Part shown: piece by piece, positions 51,260 to 61,808 of the stretch
Position numbering within the stretch: position 1 is the first letter of the stretch
Layout of the letters: every line of letters begins with the position of its first letter
Assembly: GCA_963665815.1 (NCBI GenBank)
Contig: OY762463.1
Location: 3,680,001-3,744,000 of the forward strand
From: Candidatus Cloacimonadales bacterium
Lineage (GTDB): Bacteria; Cloacimonadota; Cloacimonadia; Cloacimonadales; JAIOQZ01
Length of the DNA: 64,000 bases
Direction: 5' to 3'
Translations under genes and position numbers: made by a program
Notes under the pieces: model-generated
Database searches by the model: none
What the model was told of the DNA's origin: nothing
Seen by the model: only the letters and a program-made list of their open reading frames with translations

Positions 51260-54088
51260 TTGAAGACTGAAATTTTAATAAAAGGTGCACAGGAACATAA
51301 CCTTAAGAACATAGATATTACGATTCCAAGAGATAAACTTGTAGTGTTCACAGGAGTGTCGGGATCAGGGAAATCATCTCTGGCATTCGATACATTGTAC
51401 GCTGAAGGACAAAGACGATATGTTGAATCATTGTCAGCCTATGCAAGACAGTTTCTGGGGCAGATGGAGAAACCCAAACTGGATTATATTGAGGGGCTTT
51501 CTCCAGCAATATCCATTGAACAGAAGGCAGCTAGTAAAAATCCAAGATCAACCGTAGGAACTGTAACAGAGATTTATGATTATCTGAGAATACTTTATGC
51601 CAGAATCGGAATTCAGCATTGCTATAATTGTGGTCAGGAAGTGGGAGCTCAGAGTGTTGATCAGATAATAGATCATATAATGTCAAAAGGAGAAAAAACT
51701 CGATTGCAGATACTTGCTCCTATTGTGCAGAATAGAAAAGGAGAACACAAAGATGAGCTGGAAGAAGCCCGTCGGGAAGGATTTGCCCGTGTAGTTATCA
51801 ACGGAACGATGCGGGATTTAAGTGAGGAAATTGTCCTTGATAAGAAAAGTAAACATTCAATTGATATTGTTGTAGATAGAATTGTGATAAAGGACGGAAT
51901 TCGCTCACGGTTGACAGATTCTGTCGAGACAGCCCTCAAAGTAACAGATGGTGTCGTGAAAGTTGATTATGTTGATGAGAAAACACAGGAAACTTTGTCA
52001 GAAGCAAATAGCTGTAATGATTGTGGTATCAGTTTTCCTGAACTCACCCCCCAGCATTTCTCCTTTAATAGTCCTATAGGTATGTGTAAAACCTGTAATG
52101 GCCTGGGAACAAAGATGGAATTCGATCCCGACTTGATAATTCCTGATCATGAGCTTTCCATTATGGAAGGTGCTGTCTTACACTGGGGAAAACTTGCAGA
52201 CAAGAAATCAAGCTGGCGTCTCAAGATATTAAAGTCAGTTGCCAAAGAATTCCAGTTTTCGCTGGATACTCCCTGGAAGAACCTGTCTGAAATGGCAAGA
52301 GATGTGATAATGTATGGTTCCAAGGGCAAGAAGTTTAAAATGAAATGGCAGGGAACAAGTGGGCATGGCGAATGGATGGCAAACTATGAAGGTCTGATTC
52401 CAACTCTGCAGAGAAGACTCAGAGAAACAACTTCTGAAGGTATGAAGCGTTATTATACTCAGTTTATCTCAGATAGTGAATGTCCTGATTGCCATGGTAA
52501 AAAACTTAGAAAAGAAAGTCTGGCTGTACTGGTCGGAGGACAGAGTATTGATCAGATCACATGCTTATCTGTTGGAAAAGCACACGAATTCTTCACGAAT
52601 ATTGAACTTGATGGTAATGCAAAAATTATTGCTGCAGAGGTTCTTAAAGAAATAAGAAACAGGCTGAGTTTTCTGATAAATGTTGGTCTACACTACTTGT
52701 CACTTAATAGACGATCTCCCACGCTTTCCGGTGGTGAGTCGCAGAGAATCAGGCTTGCAAGTCAGATAGGCTCCAGTCTGGTTGGCGTTATGTATATATT
52801 GGATGAACCAAGTATCGGGTTACATCAGAGAGATAATAACAGACTGATAAATATGCTGATAAAACTGCGTGATCTCGGGAATACGATAATAGTTGTAGAG
52901 CACGACGAGGAAATGATCAGAACTGCTGATCAAATTGTTGACTTTGGTCCTCGAGCCGGTGTTCTCGGTGGAGAAATCGTTGCTCAGGGACATATCAATG
53001 AAGTAATGAAGATAGAGAAATCTCTTACCGGTAAGTATCTCTCCGGAGAGTTAACAATTGAAACACCATCTGTAAGACGAAAGAAAGGCAGAAAGTACAT
53101 ACATATAAAAGGGGCAAAACAAAACAATCTGAAGAACATAGATGTCAAAATTCCTGTGGGGGTTCTTACTTGTGTTACAGGTGTATCCGGTTCAGGGAAA
53201 AGTTCTCTGATTAACCAGATTCTATATCCTGCCATGGCTAATAAACTTAACAGAGCTAATCTTAAACAGGGTGATCACGATAAAATTATCGGTTTCGATT
53301 ATTTCGATAAGATTATCAATATTGACCAACAGCCTATTGGTAGAACACCAAGATCTAATCCGGCGACATACATAAAGCTTTTTGATCCAATAAGAAATCT
53401 GTTTTCTCAGGTCCCGGCAGCGAAAATCAGAGGTTACAAACCCGGTAGATTTTCCTTCAATGTGAAAGGTGGCCGATGCGAGAGCTGTCAGGGTGCAGGT
53501 GTAAGAAAGATAGAAATGCACTTTCTGGCTGACATTTTCGTAACCTGCGAGGATTGTAAGGGTAAACGCTATAATTCGGAAACTCTGGCAGTTAAGTATA
53601 AAGGCAAGAGTATTGCAGATGTTCTTGATATGGACGTTCAGGAAGCTTTAGAAGTCTTTGAGAATGTTCCGAAGATAAAAGATAAACTACAGACTTTGAA
53701 AGATGTTGGTCTTGAATACATTAAAGTTGGTCAACCTTCTCCTACATTATCAGGAGGGGAAGCTCAGCGGATAAAACTCGCAAGAGAATTGAGTAAAGTA
53801 AGTACGGGGCAGACACTTTATATTCTGGATGAACCTACAACAGGGCTGCATTTTGATGATATTAAAAAACTGCTTAGTGTTTTGCAGAAGCTTGTTGATA
53901 TGGGGAATACTATTGTTGTGATAGAACATAATCTGGATGTTATCAAGTGTGCTGATTATATCATTGATATTGGACCTGAAGGTGGTCTTGACGGAGGAAC
54001 AATCATTGCTGAAGGCACTCCGGAAGAACTGATAAAGAAAAGAAAGTCCTTTACGGGAAAATTCCTGAAAGAGCACATGCAAAATTGA
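51260..54088 (+). CDS. uvrA: Excinuclease ABC subunit A
   Basis: GAQEHNLKN, two [10 protein letters not shown] motifs, [14 protein letters not shown], Zn fingers. Confidence 0.98.
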   Translation: MKTEILIKGAQEHNLKNIDITIPRDKLVVFTGVSGSGKSSLAFDTLYAEGQRRYVESLSAYARQFLGQMEKPKLDYIEGLSPAISIEQKAASKNPRSTVGTVTEIYDYLRILYARIGIQHCYNCGQEVGAQSVDQIIDHIMSKGEKTRLQILAPIVQNRKGEHKDELEEARREGFARVVINGTMRDLSEEIVLDKKSKHSIDIVVDRIVIKDGIRSRLTDSVETALKVTDGVVKVDYVDEKTQETLSEANSCNDCGISFPELTPQHFSFNSPIGMCKTCNGLGTKMEFDPDLIIPDHELSIMEGAVLHWGKLADKKSSWRLKILKSVAKEFQFSLDTPWKNLSEMARDVIMYGSKGKKFKMKWQGTSGHGEWMANYEGLIPTLQRRLRETTSEGMKRYYTQFISDSECPDCHGKKLRKESLAVLVGGQSIDQITCLSVGKAHEFFTNIELDGNAKIIAAEVLKEIRNRLSFLINVGLHYLSLNRRSPTLSGGESQRIRLASQIGSSLVGVMYILDEPSIGLHQRDNNRLINMLIKLRDLGNTIIVVEHDEEMIRTADQIVDFGPRAGVLGGEIVAQGHINEVMKIEKSLTGKYLSGELTIETPSVRRKKGRKYIHIKGAKQNNLKNIDVKIPVGVLTCVTGVSGSGKSSLINQILYPAMANKLNRANLKQGDHDKIIGFDYFDKIINIDQQPIGRTPRSNPATYIKLFDPIRNLFSQVPAAKIRGYKPGRFSFNVKGGRCESCQGAGVRKIEMHFLADIFVTCEDCKGKRYNSETLAVKYKGKSIADVLDMDVQEALEVFENVPKIKDKLQTLKDVGLEYIKVGQPSPTLSGGEAQRIKLARELSKVSTGQTLYILDEPTTGLHFDDIKKLLSVLQKLVDMGNTIVVIEHNLDVIKCADYIIDIGPEGGLDGGTIIAEGTPEELIKKRKSFTGKFLKEHMQN

Positions 54089-54110
54089 GTATTTTAAAAG
54101 TACAATAAAC

Positions 54111-54143
54111 AAGAGGAATCGGTTTAAACTGATTCCTCTTTTC
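54111..54143. terminator. Terminator between convergent uvrA and a hypothetical gene
   Basis: AAGAGGAATCGGT/ACTGATTCCTCTT stem. Confidence 0.8.
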
Positions 54144-54151
54144 TATATAAA

Positions 54152-54601
54152 CTATTTTATGCTCTCGAGATCTCCAAGGAGATAGTTTTTATCGTCTTCC
54201 TTTTCAATTTTTTCAGCATGTTTTTTTGCCAGTTTAACAAATTCCTGAGCTTTCTCCATATTTCCTGCAATGTAATAGGCTCTGGCTACAGCTTCGTAAG
54301 CAAAGGCTGTATCGAATGCCCCCAGATTATGTTCCGTGCAGTATCTAAGGCTCTTGTTAGCGTGAAATAAGGAAGGTTCCGGTTTATTGGCAGAGGAGTA
54401 TACTCTGGAAATTTGCCATTCACCGCGTGCCCATTGCAAAGGTTCGCCAATCTGTCCCCAGTGCCATCTGGAGGCATGAGCCAGATGAATCATCTGCAAA
54501 TCATCGTCTGCTGTTCTTTCCGTCATATCGAGATATTCCCAGGTTTTATTAAAACATGTAGCTGCAAAATGCTGATGTACTTTCTTTAAATTTTCATCCA
54601 T
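54152..54601 (-). CDS. Conserved helical hypothetical protein
   Basis: AAGGAG RBS; FNKTW, AHASRWHW, RGEWQISRVY, AFAYEAVARA. Confidence 0.75.
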   Translation of the reverse strand: MDENLKKVHQHFAATCFNKTWEYLDMTERTADDDLQMIHLAHASRWHWGQIGEPLQWARGEWQISRVYSSANKPEPSLFHANKSLRYCTEHNLGAFDTAFAYEAVARAYYIAGNMEKAQEFVKLAKKHAEKIEKEDDKNYLLGDLESIK

Positions 54602-54773
54602 GGTTTAACTCCTTTTTTTTGCGTTTATTATAAACTGAGTGTGTATTTTGACAAGATAAAAAGTTCATATGATAAATAAAAAATAAACATTAATTCATAA
54701 AAAAACTTGACACTCTGAGTTGCATGGTGCATATAAAAGTTCATACATTGCTTGTAGGGACAAGGAGTGAGAA

Positions 54774-55004
54774 ATGAAAAGTAAATTAGTGTTTTGTTTA
54801 ATGCTTTTAAGCGTTATTCAATTGTTTTCTTATAATGTACAATTTAATCAAACTAACTTCGAAATCAATATAAATGACAACAACTACAATGTAATAGAAA
54901 ACTCAGACTTAGAAGATAATGAATTTAGGTTCAGGAATATATTATATAATCTTATTGCAAACGGCAAAACAATAAAAACCAACAAATGTCTATTACTAAA
55001 ATAG
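54774..55004 (+). pseudogene. Internally deleted remnant of a CTD-tagged secreted protein (signal peptide joined to the CTD tail)
   Basis: AAGGAG RBS and signal peptide; ends YNLIANGKTIKTNKCLLLK; the +1 frame at 54922-54942 reads NLGSGIY directly before it. Confidence 0.65.
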
Positions 55005-55013
55005 TGAGGAATT

Positions 55014-56588
55014 ATGCTTAGATACACATTTCTAATTTTTTTAGCATGCCTATGTTTTTTATGTTATGCAGAAAATACAATTAACGTTTTGACTTCTATT
55101 ACAACAGATGACCTTTATGGTCTTTTTAACGTCACTCATGGAGACATAAATGGAGACTCAACTCCCGATCTTATAATACTAAGAGGTAGGCAGACATATT
55201 TTGGTTTAGCTCCTATTATTAGTGTTTATCTCGGAGGGGATAATTTTGACTTTACTCCTGTTTTTTCATTTGATACAAGTACGACCTATAACAGTATTAG
55301 TTTAAGTGGAGATATTAACGGAGATGGAGCAAATGATCTGGTTGTTGCCGATAGTGACTTTCCAATAAATGGTATTATGAATGGTAGAGTTCAGGTATAT
55401 TTCGGTGGAGCTGCAATGGATACAATACCTGATTTGACTCTGAACGGTAACGATTATTCAAGTCTTATTGGAGAAAATGAGTTCGGATATGATTTATCTT
55501 TTGAAGATATTAATGTAGATGGCTATGATGACTTAATAGTTTATTCAGGAATGGCAGGAGATAGTTATTCAGGTCAGATTTCCGTTTTTCTGGGTTCGGA
55601 TAATCCTGACACAATTTGTGACTGGAGCAAACAGGGAAATATTAACTCCAAATATGGTCGGGTTAGAGCAATAGGAGACTTAACCGGAGACGGATATCCT
55701 GAAATAATACTGTCACGTTATATACAAACTCAGAATAGTACAGGATTTCATTTTAATCCGGTATATGATGTTTACAGAGGTGGGGTCAATATAGCCAGTA
55801 TTCCTGACACGACAATAGTTTCTCCATATGCTGATCAGTTTCTTACAAATTGTATTTCTGTAGACAAAGATTTAAATAATGATGGTAAAATGGATATTCT
55901 TATTACAAGAGGGAATGAAGATTCTTTGTTCTGTATTTATGGCTCAGATAACCTGAATATGGATTTTACTTTTTTCCAACACCTGAACAATGATGGATCT
56001 GATTTAACATCAATAACATTTGAGGATATTGATTCTAATGGTATTGATGATATTGTTTTTTGCAGAGAATCAGCACCTTATAATGAATATTATACTATAC
56101 ATTGCAATATGGACTGGACGAGTAATCCTGATTTGATATTACCACCGTCATCATTTAATGGCTCTTATGTTTACTATGGTAACTTAGGAGATATAAATAA
56201 TGATGGTTTAAATGATCTGGCAGAAGCAAGAAGAGAAGTTGATGAGAATCTTGAACTCAGGCTGCTGAATTTTATAAGAGAGACACCAATCGATAATGAT
56301 GTCAACCCGTATACAGAACTTGAGTTAAGTAATTACCCTAATCCATTCAATCCTGTTACAACCATAGAATACAGTCTCCCGGAAGAAAGTAATATTTGTA
56401 TTGAAGTATTTAACATAAAAGGACAAAAAGTAAAACAATTAGTTAATGCATACAAAGAAAGCGGACATCACACCATAAAATGGAATGGAACAGACGAAAA
56501 CAATAAGCCGGTTGGTTCCGGAGTATATTTCTATAAGGTCAAAACAGAAAAGTCATCGTTAATAAACAAAATGATAATGTTGAAATAA
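55014..56588 (+). CDS. Secreted FG-GAP (integrin-like) repeat protein with C-terminal sorting domain
   Basis: Signal peptide; about seven GDINGDG..DL-type repeats; NYPNPFNP...SGVYFYK...KMIMLK. Confidence 0.85.
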   Translation: MLRYTFLIFLACLCFLCYAENTINVLTSITTDDLYGLFNVTHGDINGDSTPDLIILRGRQTYFGLAPIISVYLGGDNFDFTPVFSFDTSTTYNSISLSGDINGDGANDLVVADSDFPINGIMNGRVQVYFGGAAMDTIPDLTLNGNDYSSLIGENEFGYDLSFEDINVDGYDDLIVYSGMAGDSYSGQISVFLGSDNPDTICDWSKQGNINSKYGRVRAIGDLTGDGYPEIILSRYIQTQNSTGFHFNPVYDVYRGGVNIASIPDTTIVSPYADQFLTNCISVDKDLNNDGKMDILITRGNEDSLFCIYGSDNLNMDFTFFQHLNNDGSDLTSITFEDIDSNGIDDIVFCRESAPYNEYYTIHCNMDWTSNPDLILPPSSFNGSYVYYGNLGDINNDGLNDLAEARREVDENLELRLLNFIRETPIDNDVNPYTELELSNYPNPFNPVTTIEYSLPEESNICIEVFNIKGQKVKQLVNAYKESGHHTIKWNGTDENNKPVGSGVYFYKVKTEKSSLINKMIMLK

Positions 56589-56653
56589 ATTCCTTATAAA
56601 CCACGAAAGACACGTAAAAACAGGAAAAATAATATTGTAATAAATGAACTCAT

Positions 56654-56683
56654 AAGGTTATCGAAATTCGGTAGCCTTTCTTT
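56654..56683 (+). terminator. Intrinsic terminator
   Basis: AAGGTTATCGA/TCGGTAGCCTT stem followed by a T-rich tract. Confidence 0.7.
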
Positions 56684-56743
56684 ATTATATAACAATCTTC
56701 ATTTTAAATTTGACTTTTTCAAAATCATTATCACTTTTTAAAC

Positions 56744-58678
56744 ATGAAACTAAACAAGCTAATCTATATCATAACAGCTTTACTGCTGAGCACGCATATT
56801 TACGCAGCCATGCCGAATATAGTTATTTTCGATGTTGTGTCAGATAAGATTGATGACAACACAAGCCAGCTTCTTTTTGAAGATATCACAAAGACAATTT
56901 CTGAGACAAAAAAATTCAGTATTATCGACAGGAAAAATCTTGATGCTATACTCAGGGAGCAGCAGCTTTCTCTCGAAGATTTCACTGAACAGACGAATAT
57001 TTTCAGACTTGGTCAGCTCCTTAATGCAGATTATATACTATTTCCAACAATATACATCAAAGAAAACACGGCATATATTTATCTTAAATTGACTGTTGTA
57101 ACAACCGGTGAGACTCTGTATCCTCAGTCTGTCACAAGTCTGCCCGACTACAAATCGCTGCTTAAGAATATCAGAACTGCTGTTTACCGGCTTGCAGATA
57201 ACTTTGATATTAAAGGAGTGATAGTAAGAGATAAGAATCCTGAGTTTATTGTCAATCTGGGGATGAAGCATGGAATTCTGAATAATAACATTTTATATGT
57301 ATACCGAAAAGGTGAAAAAGTATTTGATCCACGAACATTGAGAATTATTGGTTATGACAGCAGGAAAATAGGGGAGATGATTGTTGTTGAAGTTATCTCC
57401 GGAGATCTTGCCCGGGCAAAATTGATTCAGGGAGATTTTGTCAGTGAAGGAGATGAGGTTGTACTTGTAGATAAAGAGAAGTTGAATCGGGTAAATGAAC
57501 TGAGAAAGAAGGATTCTTTTGATCTGGTAGATTATGCCGAACTTGTAATAAATACTGTACCTCCGGATGCAAAAGTATATATAAACGATAAATTCTCAGG
57601 TAGAACAAAACCCATAGAGCCATTGAATATTGAGTTAACTGAAGACCGATATATGATGCGCATAGAAAAGGATGGTTATAATACTGTAAGAAGAGTAATA
57701 GATCTTAAAAAGGGTGAAAGGTCAACGACCAATATTAATCTTGCATCTGTGCAGTCAGTGCTTTTCATTTCTTCTGAACCATCAGGTGCTCTTGTATATG
57801 TTGACGGGCAATATGAAGGTAGAACGCCGGTACGTGTAATTCGAAATGAATACAGAAAAGCAGCAGTAGTTCTTAGCAAATCAGGATATAGAAAAGCATT
57901 GGAAAAAGTGAAATTCGAACTTGGATCAGATGTTGATATTCATGTTGAAATGAAGAAGGGTGAATTCAAAGAAAATGACATTTTTGATGGAATGGCTTAT
58001 GTTCCCGGAGGACAGTTCAGAATGGGAACAGATAATGAAAAGTTCAGTCGTGATACACATCCTGAGCATCTTGTAGAACTGGAGCCTTTTTATATAGATA
58101 AATATGAGGTTATGGTCAAAGAATACAGACAGTTCTGTGAGATTACAGGTAACAGAATGCCGGAGCTTCCGGGTTGGATTCAGGAAAATCATCCGATGAT
58201 AAACGTGAGCTGGAAAGAAGCTAATGCTTATGCAAAGTGGATAGGGAAAAGGCTTCCAACAGAAGCTGAGTGGGAATATGCATATCGCGAGCTTGGAATG
58301 GATGAGTTAGAGTATTCTGCATTTGGGGACAGCAGTAAAGTCAGGAATAACTGTAATATCAAAGGTGTTTATTCCAAGGATAACTGGAGATATACAGCTC
58401 CGGTTGGTAGTTTTGCACCCAATGAACTGGGGATTTATGACATGGGAGGAAATGTGTTTGAGTGGTGCGAAGACTGGTATGACGATATCTACTATACCTA
58501 TAGTATAAAGAAGCAGCCTCAAGGACCATCAATAGGAAACAGAAAAGTAATACGTGGTGGTTGCTGGGCATTTGGCATTTATGATGTTTCAATCTATACA
58601 AGAAGTTTCAGTGCTCCCGGGAGCAGATCTTCAATACTTGGTTTTCGCTGTGTAAAAGATTGTAAATGGTCGGATTGA
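56744..58678 (+). CDS. Secreted CsgG-like + PEGA x2 + FGE-sulfatase (SUMF1) domain protein
   Basis: IIDRKNLDAILREQ..LGQLLNADY; PPDAKVYIN and PSGALVYVDG; GGQFRMG, RLPTEAEWEYA, PNELGIYDMGGNVFEW, RGGCW, GFRCV. Confidence 0.85.
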   Translation: MKLNKLIYIITALLLSTHIYAAMPNIVIFDVVSDKIDDNTSQLLFEDITKTISETKKFSIIDRKNLDAILREQQLSLEDFTEQTNIFRLGQLLNADYILFPTIYIKENTAYIYLKLTVVTTGETLYPQSVTSLPDYKSLLKNIRTAVYRLADNFDIKGVIVRDKNPEFIVNLGMKHGILNNNILYVYRKGEKVFDPRTLRIIGYDSRKIGEMIVVEVISGDLARAKLIQGDFVSEGDEVVLVDKEKLNRVNELRKKDSFDLVDYAELVINTVPPDAKVYINDKFSGRTKPIEPLNIELTEDRYMMRIEKDGYNTVRRVIDLKKGERSTTNINLASVQSVLFISSEPSGALVYVDGQYEGRTPVRVIRNEYRKAAVVLSKSGYRKALEKVKFELGSDVDIHVEMKKGEFKENDIFDGMAYVPGGQFRMGTDNEKFSRDTHPEHLVELEPFYIDKYEVMVKEYRQFCEITGNRMPELPGWIQENHPMINVSWKEANAYAKWIGKRLPTEAEWEYAYRELGMDELEYSAFGDSSKVRNNCNIKGVYSKDNWRYTAPVGSFAPNELGIYDMGGNVFEWCEDWYDDIYYTYSIKKQPQGPSIGNRKVIRGGCWAFGIYDVSIYTRSFSAPGSRSSILGFRCVKDCKWSD

Positions 58679-58791
58679 TGGATTTGATGTGAAATAATAT
58701 TTATAAGTGTAAAAATAATTTGGTAAGAAATAAAAAATGTGTAATCTATAGTAATATACTGTTAACTTAATACAAGAAACTGGTGGTACAA

Positions 58792-59664
58792 ATGCCGGAA
58801 GCATTTAATCTAAACGAAAAAGTTTTAGAACTGGAGGATTTGCCAACATTACAGCCTGTAGCTTCCAGTCTGATGAAGCTTCTTTCGGACAAAACTACTG
58901 ATGCACAGCACATTGAGGAACTGATACAGACTGATCCTGCATTGACAGCCAAAATTCTTAAAGTAGTGAATTCAGCATATTATGGAATGAGAAACATAGT
59001 TGATACGGTGAAACTTGCAGTAGTAATACTTGGGTTCGATGAACTTAGAAAAATGATTTCTTCTGTAGCTTTAATGAACTTATCCAATGAATTACTTGAC
59101 AATAATGAATTCGATTTTAAATCTTTTTGGAAACATTCTGTAACGGTTGCTTTTTTTTCTGAGAAGATTTACAAAGATTTCAAGATAGAATCTCATGGAG
59201 AAGAATTTACTGCCGGATTGATGCATGATGTCGGTAAACTTGTTGCTGGAATGATTATACCTGATTATACTATTAAGGTAATTGACGCAGTAGTTAATCA
59301 CAAATTCAGTATATATGAAGCAGAATATCTCCTGTATGGAACCAGTCACATGGAGATTGGAGGATTTCTTGCAGAGAAATGGAATTTTCCAAAATCTATA
59401 GTAAACTGCATTTTTTCACATCATGGAGATTCTGAAGAAAATGTGCTTGTTTCCAATGTAAAGTTAGGAAATATGATTGCAAACTTGCTTGAAACAGGAA
59501 ATGATATTATTATAACTAAAGAAACTATTTCTGAATGCAAATGCTGGGAAGTTATTAATAATAATTCGAGATTACAGGAAGAACGTTATTTTGATGATGA
59601 ATATCTTGATGAATTCAAGCAGGAATTGCGAAAGATAAATTTGTTTCTGGAAAGTTTATTATAG
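58792..59664 (+). CDS. HDOD domain protein
   Basis: LPTLQP, DPALTAKILKVVNSAYYG, FWKHS, AGLMHDVGK, H.EIGGFLAEKWNFP. Confidence 0.92.
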   Translation: MPEAFNLNEKVLELEDLPTLQPVASSLMKLLSDKTTDAQHIEELIQTDPALTAKILKVVNSAYYGMRNIVDTVKLAVVILGFDELRKMISSVALMNLSNELLDNNEFDFKSFWKHSVTVAFFSEKIYKDFKIESHGEEFTAGLMHDVGKLVAGMIIPDYTIKVIDAVVNHKFSIYEAEYLLYGTSHMEIGGFLAEKWNFPKSIVNCIFSHHGDSEENVLVSNVKLGNMIANLLETGNDIIITKETISECKCWEVINNNSRLQEERYFDDEYLDEFKQELRKINLFLESLL

Positions 59665-59688
59665 TCGGAAATATCTGATGGAGGATAC

Positions 59689-60078
59689 ATGAATATATTG
59701 AAGTTCTTGATTGTGGATGATTCGCCTACAATGCGTAGAATTGTAACAAACACGTTGAAACGACTGGGCTACAGGGATATTGAGGAAGCAGACAATGGTC
59801 AAACAGCGTTAGATAAGCTAAGAACCATACCTGGAATTAATTTTGTTGTAACTGACTGGAACATGCCGGTAATGGATGGTTTAACATTTGTGCAAACAAT
59901 GCGCAGTTCACAGGAGTTCAAGAATATTCCTATTTTGATGATCACTACCAGGAGTGTCAAAGACGATATTATTGAAGCAATGAAATCTGGTGTTAACAAC
60001 TATATTGTGAAACCATTTACACCGGATACTATGAAAGAAAAAATTGATTCAATTCTAAAAAAATTGAATTTGATATAA
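59689..60078 (+). CDS. cheY: CheY-type single-domain response regulator
   Basis: LKFLIVDDSPTMRRIV, TDWNMPVMDG, IPILMIT, NYIVKPFT; adjacent to a cheZ-like gene. Confidence 0.85.
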   Translation: MNILKFLIVDDSPTMRRIVTNTLKRLGYRDIEEADNGQTALDKLRTIPGINFVVTDWNMPVMDGLTFVQTMRSSQEFKNIPILMITTRSVKDDIIEAMKSGVNNYIVKPFTPDTMKEKIDSILKKLNLI

Positions 60079-60088
60079 GGATGGTGCA

Positions 60089-61090
60089 ATGAGTGATCAA
60101 AAATCAACACCGAAAGGTATTCTTCCAACAATGCTCAAGATAAATGAGTATATGAACGAAGTTTATGAAGTTCTTAATCATATACTTGATAAGGAAATGA
60201 CAGAAGAACATGCAAATGTTGTCAGGGAAAAGGTAGAACAAATAAAGACAAAGCTTGAGGAAATTCCTGATACTTTAATGGAAGGGTATAATCTTATACA
60301 GTCAGTTATAAAATCCATTCACTCAAGTAGATGTGAACTCAAGAAAAGTGTAGATGGTCTGATAAAGAAGACAGGTGTACAATTACAGAAAGTAACATCA
60401 ACAACCGAGGAAGCCACCAACAAAATTCTGGACGTTGCAGAAAAGTTAGATGATGATCAAATGAAAATTATTGAACTCGTCGAGAAAATCGAAGACTCTG
60501 TTAAAAACGATGCTGGTGCAGATGCAGCTAAACAATTTAGTGAACTTAAAGAGAATATATATGCAAATCAGGATTCCGCTTTCACAATAATGGATTATCT
60601 GCAATTTCAGGATATTACTGCCCAGCAGATTGCCGGAGCATACGCGCTTCTTGCTGATACAGAAGGTACGTTGATTTACGTTTCTGACATGCTGAAGAAT
60701 TTTGACTCTGATAATGATACCGAAAAATTCGTACAAAAGACAATTGATGATAAATCTTTTAATGCTGATGCATCTTTTAACGATAAAGGTAATATACAGG
60801 ATGCAATAGATAACTTGTTTGATACCGGGGATACTAATTCCGAAATCCCTGAAGATAAGGTTGAAACACCTGAAGGGACTCAGACTCTGGAATCTATCGA
60901 GCACCATGGAGACTATAATAACGTTATTGATGATGATGAAATAAACAAATTGTTTGACACCTCACCATCAAAAAGTGATGATAAACTTGGCGATGATGAG
61001 ATTAACAGTCTGTTTGATGATAAATCAGACGATAAAAAACAGAAGAAAGAGAGTACTTCACAGAACGAAATTGACAAATTGTTCTCATAG
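60089..61090 (+). CDS. cheZ: CheZ-like phosphatase
   Basis: QLQKVTSTTEEATNKILD, LQFQDITAQQI (DxxxQ), acidic linker, C-terminal SQNEIDKLF. Confidence 0.75.
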   Translation: MSDQKSTPKGILPTMLKINEYMNEVYEVLNHILDKEMTEEHANVVREKVEQIKTKLEEIPDTLMEGYNLIQSVIKSIHSSRCELKKSVDGLIKKTGVQLQKVTSTTEEATNKILDVAEKLDDDQMKIIELVEKIEDSVKNDAGADAAKQFSELKENIYANQDSAFTIMDYLQFQDITAQQIAGAYALLADTEGTLIYVSDMLKNFDSDNDTEKFVQKTIDDKSFNADASFNDKGNIQDAIDNLFDTGDTNSEIPEDKVETPEGTQTLESIEHHGDYNNVIDDDEINKLFDTSPSKSDDKLGDDEINSLFDDKSDDKKQKKESTSQNEIDKLFS

Positions 61091-61167
61091 ATTGAATTAA
61101 TTTGTTGACAATATATTGTACGTATCAAAATTAAAGTTATTGTGGTAAATTGCAGAGGAAATAATAT

Positions 61168-61533
61168 ATGACAAAAAATATATTAGTTGTCGATGATGAA
61201 GAAAACATCCGAGAGATAATCTCAGAGTTTTTACAAACGCTTGGATATAATGTCGTAGAGGCCTCCAATGGAGAAGAGGCTATTATTGCATGCTCCAAGA
61301 CTAAGTTTCATTTAATCATCAGTGATATAAGAATGCCCAAGATGAATGGGCTGAAGCTTCTCAAAGCTATAAAAACATACATGCCGGATCTTCCTGTCAT
61401 TCTGATGACAGGTTATCAGCCATCCAAAGCGCAGGAAGAAAGTCTTTCTACCAAAGCAGATGGTTATCTTCTTAAACCTTTCTCATTGAATTCACTCAGA
61501 CAATCTATTTTAAAAATATTTAAAACGTTATAA
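61168..61533 (+). CDS. Single-domain response regulator
   Basis: ILVVDDE, SDIRMPKMNG, ILMTG, LKPF. Confidence 0.9.
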   Translation: MTKNILVVDDEENIREIISEFLQTLGYNVVEASNGEEAIIACSKTKFHLIISDIRMPKMNGLKLLKAIKTYMPDLPVILMTGYQPSKAQEESLSTKADGYLLKPFSLNSLRQSILKIFKTL

Positions 61534-61542
61534 TTAGTTGTT

Positions 61543-61806
61543 ATGAGCACCAGAATAATAAAGAATTACAAAGTTGTTGATAATGGTGTAAGTGTAACAA
61601 AACACAATAAGTGTCCAAAAATTATAAAGAAATCTGAAATCGCAGAAAAGGCGAAAGAAATCAATCCGGAAAAAGCTATAGAAAAAATGTCAAAAAAAAG
61701 TCCTGTGATTACAGAAGTAAGAGATAAGCACGGGATTATTACATCAATTAATGTTGAATGCGGGTGTGGTGAAAAATTTTCAATAGATATCAAGTATGAT
61801 GAATAG
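61543..61806 (+). CDS. Small hypothetical protein with C-terminal CxCGE motif
   Basis: Fills the operon gap; ITSINVECGCGEKFSIDIKY. Confidence 0.65.
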   Translation: MSTRIIKNYKVVDNGVSVTKHNKCPKIIKKSEIAEKAKEINPEKAIEKMSKKSPVITEVRDKHGIITSINVECGCGEKFSIDIKYDE

Positions 61807-61808
61807 AG

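Noticed and set aside
57970..58678. FGE-sulfatase (CLec-fold) C-terminus as a diversity-generating retroelement target
   Set aside because: No second copy of the 3' region with adenine-specific mismatches and no reverse transcriptase seen in the window; a remote DGR cannot be excluded.
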